Shown: in pieces, positions 54,707 to 64,000 of the stretch
How the letters are laid out: each line of letters opens with the position of its first letter
How positions within the stretch are numbered: the first letter of the stretch is position 1
IMG/VR virus record: IMGVR_UViG_3300043932_000239
Source of the DNA: an uncultured virus (IMG/VR IMGVR_UViG_3300043932_000239)
Taxonomy: Duplodnaviria > Heunggongvirae > Uroviricota > Caudoviricetes
Reading direction: 5' to 3' (one strand)
DNA: 64,000 nucleotides
Position numbers and translations under genes: made by a program
Notes under the pieces: generated by a model
The model's input: only the letters and a program-made list of their open reading frames with translations
Told to the model about the DNA's origin: nothing
Database searches by the model: none

Positions 54707-56239
54707 ATGTATCTTTCCGCTAAGACGATCAGCGCGGCACTCGATCAGCTCCAAGGGACAGCTTCCCACCTGCTCAAAATCTGGTTTGTATTAAAGCACA
54801 TGGGTTTGAGCCGAGACACGTCCATATTGATCGATACGCAGAATTCAACTCCCACCCTGCAGAGGCTGTTCTCCTGCGGCAGTCCTGAGGGAAAACTTTT
54901 TGTTCCCTTTGCGCACACCGTCCGTTACGCCTTCATGAAAGGCGACGCTTCGCGTTCAATTATTCAAACCACTATTCAGCGATGGAAAACATCGGATTCA
55001 GTAGTTTCCGGATCTCCCACTGCATACCTTGATTTCTCCGGTGAGGGAAACAAGATTCGAGTATCACTCGGAAGGATCTACCCCCAAGGTCTGGGACACG
55101 GTGGAGACGGGTTCGCCCTAGAAGAGGACGCACGAGTCGCTATCCCTATTGAAGCAATGGCGGTTTGGCTCTTCCGTCAGGATGAGCTGGACCAGTATTT
55201 TGACGATAGTGACCCTAACAAGCTCTCGCAGCAACTCGTCGAAGCCCTCATACGCGAGCTGAACCTTGAGCCCGGCGAGATCGAGGCAGTTTTTGTAAAC
55301 AAGCCAATCGATATCGAGACCAGCGACGCTCCGCTTAGCGATGCGGAGTTGTTGGCAATCTGCAATTCGGCATTTGAGGCCAAGTTGGAAGTCGAAATCC
55401 GCAAAGAAGATCGGCTTGAGTACACAAAGAGGATTCAGTCAGTGACAACAATCGATTCAGCACCAGCATGGACCAGGATTTCTCCAAGTGAACAGCTAAC
55501 CTCGCTAGTCAAAGCTGGAGAGCGCGCAATTCTTCTGTTTGGACCGCCCAGAACCGGGAAAACCCGTGCCATCGATAAACTTGTTCTGCGTAATTCTGAG
55601 GATCGTGAGACTATTCAGCTCCATGAGGGGTGGGGTTATGAGAACCTGATCCTAGGACTCGCGCCCGGTGAGAAACCGGGAGAATTCGAATGGACTGAAG
55701 GTCCACTCCTTCGCGCGCTTCGAAACGGCAAGAGGCATATCGTTCTAGAAGAGATCAACCGCACGCGAATTAGCCAGGCCTTGGGCGAGTTATTCTCTCT
55801 TATCGAGCCAGCGTACCGGGGCGAGACCAACGGCATCACGCTTCCGAATGGTGCGGAGATTTTTATCGATCCAGAAGTGGTTTTCTACTTCACTATGAAT
55901 AACGTCGACACGAACACGGAGGATGTCGACGACGCACTCATGGGACGTATGGCAAGTGTTTACTTTGGTCCACGCGTTGAAGACCTTGACGCGATACTTA
56001 GGCACAGAGGTATTCCTTCAGATACAGCCGCAGCCATTAAGACTGTCTTCACTGCTATTCAAGACAAGTATCCGCTGGGTCATGGCTACTTCGCCGGGCT
56101 TCACGCGAGTGATGACTTCCGGATGTACTACATGTGGAGAATCCGACCGGTCTTGATGAATCATTTCTCTGCCTATGAGCCTGAAGTGGTAGCGCAAATC
56201 GACAACCGCGTAGATGAACTCTTCACAGGAACAGCGTGA
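54707..56239 (+). CDS. mcrB: McrB-like AAA+ GTPase
   Basis: GPPRTGKT, IQLHEGWGYE, LEEINR, TMNNVD (NxxD), DDALMGR, LGHGYF. Confidence 0.85.
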   Translation: MYLSAKTISAALDQLQGTASHLLKIWFVLKHMGLSRDTSILIDTQNSTPTLQRLFSCGSPEGKLFVPFAHTVRYAFMKGDASRSIIQTTIQRWKTSDSVVSGSPTAYLDFSGEGNKIRVSLGRIYPQGLGHGGDGFALEEDARVAIPIEAMAVWLFRQDELDQYFDDSDPNKLSQQLVEALIRELNLEPGEIEAVFVNKPIDIETSDAPLSDAELLAICNSAFEAKLEVEIRKEDRLEYTKRIQSVTTIDSAPAWTRISPSEQLTSLVKAGERAILLFGPPRTGKTRAIDKLVLRNSEDRETIQLHEGWGYENLILGLAPGEKPGEFEWTEGPLLRALRNGKRHIVLEEINRTRISQALGELFSLIEPAYRGETNGITLPNGAEIFIDPEVVFYFTMNNVDTNTEDVDDALMGRMASVYFGPRVEDLDAILRHRGIPSDTAAAIKTVFTAIQDKYPLGHGYFAGLHASDDFRMYYMWRIRPVLMNHFSAYEPEVVAQIDNRVDELFTGTA

Positions 56240-57411
56240 TGCAGACTTGGCACGCCGTCGAGAACGAGATTTCGGCGTTACCCGGCCTAACCCCAGCTGA
56301 TGTACCCACTGGCTTGCCAGACAACATCCGCGTTCTCCTTCAAGGTGGAGTTCTGCAGATTCTGGCGTCAAATGTTGCCGGGAATATCCCGCTTCTTAAT
56401 GGCAATAAGCTTGTCATTTCTCCGAAGCATGCATCGCTCAATCCAGTTTCGATGCTGCTGTATCTTCACGATTCTCAGTCGGCTCGACTGGTGAACGATG
56501 CTCCGTTCGGATACTCAAGCGGGTCGCACGATTTCGGCTTGAGTTCGTTGGCAGAGATGTTGTCCCGGGAGCTCTTATCCTTTGCAGCAAAGCCAAAGTT
56601 ATTTCGCCGCAAGCCTACGCTTGAGGCCACGTCATCTGCCGTTGGACAGATAAACTGGCCTGTGACAAACCTCCGAGCGCGGCGAGGAGATGCCGCTCCA
56701 ATCGTAACGAGACGACACAGGCCGACATTTGATATCCCCGAGAACAGAATTATCAAGTCGGCTGCCAAACGAGTATTGGGACTCTTGTCTAGTGACGCTC
56801 CTGGGGCGCGTGTAACTCACGATTGGGCAAACTGGCAGGCATCTACCTTTGCTGGTTATGACGATATCCGCAAGGTCAGCCAGATGATGCGAACGAAAAA
56901 TGTTGGCGGTTCGCATTCCTACTACAGCAATGCGCTCGGTCTCAGCCTCGTCATCCTCCAAGCATCCGGAATTGACCACGGTGAAAGCTGGGAGTCTGAC
57001 GGATACTTGTTCAATATGCCTGGACTTTACGAAGACTTTGTGCGAACAAGTCTCATGAGAGCTGCAGAGCCCACTGCTCTAAGCGTTCAAAAGGGTTTTG
57101 CCTCCAGTAGCTTTCTGCTTACGAATGGCGAAATCGAGCTAATTCCAGACCTGACTATCTATCGCGGCGGATCTATAGAAGCTGTCCTCGACGTAAAGTA
57201 CAAGGTACCCGATGCGAAGGATCTGTATCAGATCTATACATACATGCAGTTTGCGCGTCTCAACGAGGCTTATATCATCTCACCTTCCGTTCGAACTGGA
57301 GACGTGGTCGAGACGTTCGACGGTCACCGAATCAAATGCCTTGGTTTGGATAGCAGTTCTGCGATAGACGTCGACGCACTTGCTTCGAGGGTTATCGAAG
57401 CTCTGCGGTAA
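56239..57411 (+). CDS. mcrC: McrC-like PD-(D/E)xK endonuclease subunit
   Basis: ENRIIK, FNMPGLYEDFV, IPDL...LDVKYK...DLYQIYTY; TGATG coupling to mcrB. Confidence 0.85.
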   Translation: MQTWHAVENEISALPGLTPADVPTGLPDNIRVLLQGGVLQILASNVAGNIPLLNGNKLVISPKHASLNPVSMLLYLHDSQSARLVNDAPFGYSSGSHDFGLSSLAEMLSRELLSFAAKPKLFRRKPTLEATSSAVGQINWPVTNLRARRGDAAPIVTRRHRPTFDIPENRIIKSAAKRVLGLLSSDAPGARVTHDWANWQASTFAGYDDIRKVSQMMRTKNVGGSHSYYSNALGLSLVILQASGIDHGESWESDGYLFNMPGLYEDFVRTSLMRAAEPTALSVQKGFASSSFLLTNGEIELIPDLTIYRGGSIEAVLDVKYKVPDAKDLYQIYTYMQFARLNEAYIISPSVRTGDVVETFDGHRIKCLGLDSSSAIDVDALASRVIEALR

Positions 57412-58609
57412 AGAGGGGTTGCTGCACGGTGGTTGAAGCCAACACTCGCTCAGCAGTGGCGAGGTATTCTGCGCTTACATCAAAACCGATATAGCTCCTC
57501 TCGAGCTTCTTCGCTGCAACGGCGGTAGTTCCAGCACCCATGAATGGATCAAGAACCACATCACCAGGGTCCGTTGAGATCGCGATGCAACGCCCAGGAA
57601 GCTGAACCGGGAACTGAGCCCCATGCCCATCTCGGCCAGAAGAGGTTGGCAAGTACCAGAAGTCACTAAGCTTGTCCGACTCAAGCAGCTGTCGCCCACC
57701 AAGGTCTGAAGGTAGCTCCAAGTATGCGGCCTTGTTGAACTTGGGGGTTCGTTCCCGAGTGAGATGCAGAATGTACTCAACATTTCTGCTGACTCGCGAC
57801 TGCTGGGGTTCAGGAGTTGTGGCCTGCTTGCACCACGAGATCGTGCTCTTTACGTAGTAGCCGATTTGGGCAGCACGCTGAGCAATCCGTTGCGGGATCA
57901 AACACTGCTCACCATCTTTCAGATACGAGTGTCCGGCGGAATACCGCAAGTACTCGTGATCTTTCCACGATCGACCATCCTTGCCTTGCATCGCATGCAG
58001 TGTCTCAACTGCACTACCCCGGATTTGAGTGCGAGTGTTGTACGAATCCATGATGTTCCACCACACGGAGCCATCTGCAGCAATTTTCGGAAGCAATGCA
58101 TGCAAGACCTCGACCGAATGGCGAATAAACCCTTCAGGTGTCTGCTCGAGACCAAACGAGCAGTACTCGCCATCCGCCCAAAGGCGCTCACCAGGCTCGT
58201 CATAGACCCGCATAGCCCAGTACGGCGTTGAGGTGACAACAGTATTCACCGAACCATCTTTCAGTCTTCCAATCAGCTGGAGAGCGTCTCCGACAACGAA
58301 GGAGTCCTTTTGAATGACCTCTTGACTCTCGGCAACGAGCACGGCTCCGGTGACGGCTCGACGGAGATATTCAAGAACTCTGCTGCGAGGAACGAACGTC
58401 TCGGAGAATGCATCTTGATCTAGAAGTTGCCGAACGTCGGCCTCGGACAAGATTGACTTCCTGCCAAGGACACGCCTAATGAAGCTGTGAGTCATGCCCA
58501 CAACGGGGGCAACAAGCTCAATGGGGAACACTAAGTCGGTAGTACTGCTGTCGGGGGAGGCGACCGCCGTTTGAGGCTTGATGGTATATGCCTGCTTCAT
58601 CTCACTCAT
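57392..58609 (-). CDS. Beta-class amino (N4-C/N6-A) DNA methyltransferase with N-terminal extension
   Basis: VVTSTPYW motif IV variant, HGAQFP, VVLDPFMGAGTT motif I; ATG 58609 overlaps the HTH gene. Confidence 0.88.
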   Translation of the reverse strand: MSEMKQAYTIKPQTAVASPDSSTTDLVFPIELVAPVVGMTHSFIRRVLGRKSILSEADVRQLLDQDAFSETFVPRSRVLEYLRRAVTGAVLVAESQEVIQKDSFVVGDALQLIGRLKDGSVNTVVTSTPYWAMRVYDEPGERLWADGEYCSFGLEQTPEGFIRHSVEVLHALLPKIAADGSVWWNIMDSYNTRTQIRGSAVETLHAMQGKDGRSWKDHEYLRYSAGHSYLKDGEQCLIPQRIAQRAAQIGYYVKSTISWCKQATTPEPQQSRVSRNVEYILHLTRERTPKFNKAAYLELPSDLGGRQLLESDKLSDFWYLPTSSGRDGHGAQFPVQLPGRCIAISTDPGDVVLDPFMGAGTTAVAAKKLERSYIGFDVSAEYLATAERVLASTTVQQPLFTAELR

Positions 58610-58859
58610 TACGACCGTCGCCGGTTCCTTCCTCATAACAGTCTTCAAAAGCCAGAATGTCGTTGGGTGAACAATCCAACGCTTTACAAATCCGCCCAAG
58701 TGTCGCGGTGGTAACCGTCTGATTTCGACCCAGCTTCGTGATGGTTGATGAGCTCAGACCGGCAAGGTCTCTAAGCTCGCCCTTCCGAATTCCTCTGTCG
58801 ATAAGCAACTTCCAGAGGTTTCTATAGTCCTCGCGAGGCGCGTTCGATGTGTCAACCAT
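58602..58859 (-). CDS. Cro/C1-type HTH (HTH_26) regulator, controller-like
   Basis: YRNLWKLLIDRGI.K..L...AGLSSSTITKLGRNQ.V...L.RIC.ALDC. Confidence 0.88.
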   Translation of the reverse strand: MVDTSNAPREDYRNLWKLLIDRGIRKGELRDLAGLSSSTITKLGRNQTVTTATLGRICKALDCSPNDILAFEDCYEEGTGDGRNE

Positions 58860-59405
58860 GCGGCCAGAATACCATACCGCATGACTATTCGTGCGATACA
58901 GTCAGCTTTGATCAAGGTGTACATTTGGGCATCGCATGACGCCCTACCGATACTTTTTACACCCTCGGGTGCTGCGGTGACTCGGAAACCCGGATCAGCT
59001 CTGCCCGAAGATCCTCAGCGGTCACTTTGCGTCCTTTCAAAACGCGAGAAACCCCTCGAGCTGCGTCTCTGCGTAGGCACAACGTCTAGCTCAAGGGCCC
59101 CAACTTGCTAAAAGCTTTGTAGTTGACTAGGAGTGCAGATGGTCGTCGGCCCACCTGCAAGAACGAATAGCAAGCGGTATCGCCTACAGGTAGAGGTGCT
59201 ACCCACATCATTTGTCGAGACCCCGCGTCTATTCTTGCGCGCGAGATCCCGACTGGTTCACCCCCCCTACGGACGCCAGCCGGGTAGCGACGTGCCAGAT
59301 ACTCAGCGGTACAGCAGGCTAATCTCCAAACGTCCGCGGCAGCCGGAAATCCCAATTCATAGCCGGTATCGAAGCTGTTCGATGGCCCTGCTCCGCACTG
59401 GGGTC

Positions 59406-59452
59406 TTGTATCCAACGTGACCGGTTGTGCGAGCCTGCCCTGGGGTCCGGGG
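59406..59452. other. attR (phage arm TTGTATCCAACGTGAC 59406-59421; core TGCGAG 59428-59433)
   Basis: Inverted repeat of the attL arm; host coding sequence resumes at the core. Confidence 0.92.
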
Positions 59453-62400
59453 CATTCGCGAACGAGGCCGTCAATCAGCTGGCCGACGCCTACCTGGAGC
59501 GTCGTCAGGACGAGCTGAATCAGCGCATTCCGGCGGATGAGCTGCCCGAGGAACGCCGCCGGGTCAAGGCCTGGATCGCCCTGCACCGCGTCTACGGCGT
59601 CGACCTCAATGACACGGCCGTGGAGCTGGCCGAGGTCTCGATGTGGCTGAACGTCATGCAGCCGAGGCTCGCTGCCCCGTGGTTCGGCCTGCACCTCAAG
59701 CGGGGCAACTCCCTGATCGGGGCCCGGCGGGCCACCTACGACCTGTCAGCGCTGAGGAAGTCGAAGTCCAAGTGGTGGAAGACTCCGCCCGAGGATCGCG
59801 GGCTGGCCGACGTGCCCCTCGGGGGTCTGGAGAAGGGCAGCATTCACCACTTCCTGCTGCCCAGCGACACGTGGGGAGCCGCGGCCGGGGCGAAGCAGGC
59901 GAAAGAGCTGGCGCCCGAGCAGGTCGACACCATGAAGACGTGGAAGCGGGGGATGCTCCGCCAGCCGACGGCCACGCAGGTCAAGACATTGGCATCGTTG
60001 GCGCGGCGGGTCGAGCGCCTCTGGGAGATCGCCGCCAAGCGCCTGGAGATCAGCGAGGCGGAGGCCTCGCGCGACATCGACGTGTGGGGCCGTGAGGCGG
60101 AGCCCAGCCATTCGAATGTGACGCGCGAACAGATCGAAAATGCGCTGGCAGACCCGGACTCGATGTACCAGCGCCTGCGCCTGGTCATGGACGCGTGGTG
60201 CGCGTTGAGTTTCTGGCCGCTGGACCAGGTTGACCAGTTGCCCACGTGGCAGGAGTGGCTGGCGACATGCACGGACCTGCTCGGCATCGAGACCACGGAC
60301 AAGGGACAGAACGAGGACTTCCTGACGCAGGGGAACGACTTCGACAAGCTCGCTGAGATTGAGAAGTTCGAGCGGTCGTTCCACCGGATGCCGTTGATGT
60401 TCGAGATTCAGGGGGCGCACCCGTGGCTGGCGACTGTGCAGGAGATCGCCGCGCGCGAGGGCTTCTTCCACTGGGAGTTGGACTTCGCGCAGGTCTTCGG
60501 GCGCGGAGGGTTCGACCTGCAGGTGGGAAACCCGCCGTGGGTGAGGCCGGTGTGGAAGGACAGTGCGACCCTGGCCGAGTTCGACCCGTGGTTCCTACTG
60601 GAGGAGAAGATCCCGGAGAGAGCGTTCCGCGATCGCCGTGGCCAGGTACTGGACGCACCGATGGCGCGGGACAAGTACCTGTCGGATCTGACGTCGGGGA
60701 CCGCGACCTCGACGGTGCTGGGCGATAGAGTCGAGCATCCGGTCCTCGCAGGCCTCCAGACGAACCTCTACATGAACTTCATGGAGCGGACGTGGCGGTC
60801 GATGGCGCCCGCGGGGATCGTCGGACTGATCCATCCGGAGGGCCACTTCCTGGACCCGAAGGGCGGTGTGCTGCGGGAGAACACGTATCGAAGGCTGCGA
60901 AGGCATTGGCAGTTCTCCAATGAACTTCAGCTTTTCCCTGAGGTCCACCATATGACCGTGTTTGGTGTTCATGTTTATGGTCCACCGAATGAACCTAATT
61001 TCAAGCAGGCCGTTGGATTGCTGAACGTGTCGACACTTGACGGATCGCTTCGCGATGACGGGCGGGGAGAAGAGCCTGGAATCCAACACGCTTCCGGTGG
61101 ATGGGATATTCGCCCTCATCGTTCTCGAATTCTGGCTGTCGATACTGATGTGTTGACCACGTGGGGATCTTTGTTTGATCCGGAAGGAATTCCTGCAGTT
61201 CAGGCTCGAATGGTTCGGCCTTACCTTCGTGAGCATCAGGAGGTGCTGGATCGCATCGCCTCCTCGGCGAGTCGTCCCGGGGAGAACATTGAGGTCTCAA
61301 GCGGTTGGCATGAAAAAGGAGCCAAGCAGGACGGATATATCGAGCAGGCGAAGACAGAGGCTGAGTCTTGGGACGAGGTGATCCTTCAAGGCCCGCTGTT
61401 CTATGTGGGGACTCCATTCTATAAGAATGCGCGCCCGTCGGGCTTCAAGAACAGCGACTACGACCTGTGGGACCTGGACGAGATTCCTGAGCGCATGATT
61501 CCTCGGACAAATTATCGTCGTGCGTGCGACCGGAAACGATATGACGCGGGTATGGATCGGTGGGACGGGCGACCGAGTTGGGACTACTGGCGCCTCGCAG
61601 TGAGGAGCATGACGCAGGTGGGGCTTGTTCGCTCTCTTGTCCCCGCTTTGATCCCCCGAGGTGCGGCACATGTCGATGCGGTACACTCGTGTACCGCATC
61701 GACATGTGCCGCACCTGCACATGTCCATGCGCGAAAATCTCCTGACGGAGATTTTCGAACGTATTCGACGGCGCCTGAAGACTCGTTGGCGACCGTCCTG
61801 ACGTGTGGGTTGTGGTCGTCTCTCCCCTATGACTTCTTGACGAAGGTCTCAGGACAGACGCACGTCCATCCCGAGTTCATCCAGAAACTCCCCAGCCCGA
61901 CGAAGCACCCCGCCTGGCCCTTCCTCCTTCTCCGCACGCTGCGCCTCAACTGCCTGACGCGGGACTACGAGGACCTGTGGAACGCGCTGGCCCCATTGAC
62001 AGTGGCTGGGGATTCCTGGACACCCGCATTCGCCGACTGGCCGCAGCTCACCGTTCCCACCGGTGAATGGACATGGGACATCCCGCTTCGGTCCGATTTC
62101 GAGCGGCGGGCCGCGCTGGTCGAGACCGACGCGCTGGGCGCGATCATGCTCGGCCTGACCGCCGAGCAGCTGTGCCTGATCTACCGCGTCCAGTTCGGCG
62201 TCCTGCGCAAGTACGAGAACGACATGTGGTTCGACGGCCAAGGCCACCAGATCGCGAAGGACCACCACGCTTACGGCGTCCACCAGGAGAAGACGGATTT
62301 CCCGACGCTCATGGACTACGTGGCCGCCATGGAGGACGCGGGGCTGGATGCGCAGCGGGACCAGCCGAGCGACGCGATCCGCACGGACGCCAGGTTCTCC

Positions 62401-62631
62401 GCGTTCCTCGAGCACTATGAGGCGCCGTTCGTGAAGGCCGACCGGGAACGCGAGATGACGCTGGCGCACGAGGAATTCACGCGGCGCCTCCAAGCCGCCG
62501 GGCTGCTCCTGGCCGACGGGTCCGAGGCTCCGGGCGCCGAGGCCGTCGACGCGCAGGCGGTGCTGGAAGGCCGCCTGCCGTTCACGCCGACGCCAGGGGA
62601 CCGCGCCATCGATGAGAGGGAGCGTGCGTGA
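59428..62631 (+). pseudogene. C-terminal half of the interrupted Eco57I-type/DrmMI-like methyltransferase
   Basis: CEPALGSGAF motif I, YGVDLN..AVELA, FFHWELDF, VGNPPW motif IV, then a TRD; ORF is intact to its stop. Confidence 0.92.
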
Positions 62632-64000
62632 TGACCCAGCCCACGGAGACGCCCTCGTCCGTGTTCGCCGCGACGGCGCCGTTCGCCCCCACTCTGCCCA
62701 GCCTGCTGGCGGAGGAGGTCCAAGACGCGCTCACGGAGTACCTGACGACCACCTACGCGCTGGGCGACCAGGAGACGCGGGACGCGCTCGGGCGCTTCCT
62801 GCGCGACCCGGAGACGGGGATCTTCCGCGGGCCCTACTACCGGCTGCGCCTGCCGTTCCGGCCCGCACCGGAGGGATGGCGGAACCCGCTGGGCTGGCTG
62901 CCCGACAGGTTCGTGCCCCACGCCCACCAGGCGGCGGCGTTCGACCGGCTGACCTCGCTGGGGCGCGTTCCACAGCCCACCCTGGTCACCACGGGCACCG
63001 GGTCCGGCAAGACGGAGTCGTTCCTGCTGCCCCTGCTGGACCACGCGCGGCGCGCGGCGGCCGAGGGCGCTCCCGGGATCACCGCGCTCGTCCTGTACCC
63101 GATGAACGCGCTGGTCACCGACCAGGCGCGACGCATCGCCGACTACGTCGCGTCCAGCCCGGAGCTGTCAGACGTCCGTGTCGGGCTCTACATCGGCGGC
63201 AACGGGCGAAACCGCACGATGGGCGCCGACCACATCATCGATCACAGGGAGGAGCTCCAGGCCCGCCCCCCGCAGATCCTGCTGACGAACTACAAGATGC
63301 TGGACCTGCTGCTGCTGGACCCGCGCCACCGCGGACTGTGGGCGGGTGCGGCGGAGTCGCTGCAGTACCTGGTCCTCGACGAGTTCCACACCTACGACGG
63401 CGCGCAGGGCAGCGATGTCGCCATGCTCCTGCGGCGCCTCGGCATGGCGCTCGGGATCGCGGAGGAGGGGCGGCCGCTGGGGCGCGTGACGCCGGTGGCG
63501 ACGTCCGCCACCCTGGGCGATGCCGGGGACACCGCGCCCATGCGGGAGCTCGCGCGGACCGTGTTCGGCTGCGACTTCCCGCCAGACTGCGTGATCACCG
63601 AGAGCCGTCGGACGCCGGAGGAGTTCCTGCCCCCCGACGACGAGGGCTCGCACGACCTGGTCCCGCCCCGGCCGGAGGTCCTGGCCGACCTGCCGGCGCC
63701 GGAGTCGGAAAGGCCGGAGTCCTGGATCCCGCTGGTCCGGTGCGTGTTCGGTCAGCGGGCCACAGAAGTCATGAGCGGAGGCCTGCCCGATCCGGTGCTC
63801 GTCGGCCATCTGCTCACCAAGCACCCGGTGACGCGCCTGCTCCTGGAGGCCATGGGCACACACCCCGCGGCCCCGGACGCCATCCTACGGACCCTCCAGG
63901 TGCGCACCCTCAACCTGTTCCCGTGGTATTCGGATGACTCGGCGGTGCAGGCGCGCAACATCCGGGCCCTGGGCCGCCTGCTCGCGTTGTACTCGTTCGC
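62631..64000 (+). CDS. DEAD/DEAH-box helicase (DrmA-like), 3' end beyond the window
   Basis: Manual translation from ATG 62631 (TGATG overlap): TGTGSGKTESF, LYPMNAL..DQ, LLTNYKMLD, VLDEFHTYDGAQG, TSATLG. Confidence 0.9.
   Translation, partial: MTQPTETPSSVFAATAPFAPTLPSLLAEEVQDALTEYLTTTYALGDQETRDALGRFLRDPETGIFRGPYYRLRLPFRPAPEGWRNPLGWLPDRFVPHAHQAAAFDRLTSLGRVPQPTLVTTGTGSGKTESFLLPLLDHARRAAAEGAPGITALVLYPMNALVTDQARRIADYVASSPELSDVRVGLYIGGNGRNRTMGADHIIDHREELQARPPQILLTNYKMLDLLLLDPRHRGLWAGAAESLQYLVLDEFHTYDGAQGSDVAMLLRRLGMALGIAEEGRPLGRVTPVATSATLGDAGDTAPMRELARTVFGCDFPPDCVITESRRTPEEFLPPDDEGSHDLVPPRPEVLADLPAPESERPESWIPLVRCVFGQRATEVMSGGLPDPVLVGHLLTKHPVTRLLLEAMGTHPAAPDAILRTLQVRTLNLFPWYSDDSAVQARNIRALGRLLALYSF

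Larger units (their letters stand above)
10418..59433 (-). mobile_element. Serine-recombinase-integrated siphovirus-type prophage, 49,010 bp core to core
   Basis: Bounded by att sites that split a host gene in frame; recombinase, lysis, tail, head, packaging and replication modules in canonical order on the - strand. Confidence 0.95.

Noticed and set aside
58881..59420. Short ORFs next to attR
   Set aside because: No RBS, motifs or coding bias
62612..63937. 441-aa + strand ORF in the track
   Set aside because: Wrong frame; the helicase frame starts at 62631 and runs off the window
1..64000. tRNA, rRNA, IS elements
   Set aside because: None recognised by eye; covariance-model and transposase searches were not run

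Overview
High-GC (actinobacterial-type) chromosomal window. A host defence operon on the + strand (SNF2 helicase -> Eco57I-type N6-adenine methyltransferase -> DEAD/DEAH helicase; DISARM class I-like) is interrupted by a 49,010-bp, apparently near-intact siphovirus-type prophage. The prophage sits inside the methyltransferase gene at the start of its SAM-binding motif I. The core TGCGAG is duplicated at 10418-10423 and 59428-59433. Removing the element rejoins the halves in frame (...ILEFRVCE|PALGSGAF..., about 1626 aa) and creates an attP with 14/16-bp inverted arms centred on a GA dinucleotide, which fits the two tandem large serine recombinases at the left end. The prophage carries complete lysis, tail, head, packaging and replication modules, a ParB-fused DNA methylase plus SAM synthetase, and four defence-like cargo units: a TIGR02391 protein, an Abi_C moron, an ABC-three-component (Lamassu-like) operon and McrBC with a methyltransferase. 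No LexA/CI-type repressor is recognisable. The position where one is expected holds the ABC-3C effector, whose HNH looks degenerate, opposite a phage sigma-like gene. Two fixed-spacing bipartite promoter-like motif families were found by eye. All family assignments come from motif recognition, not database searches.
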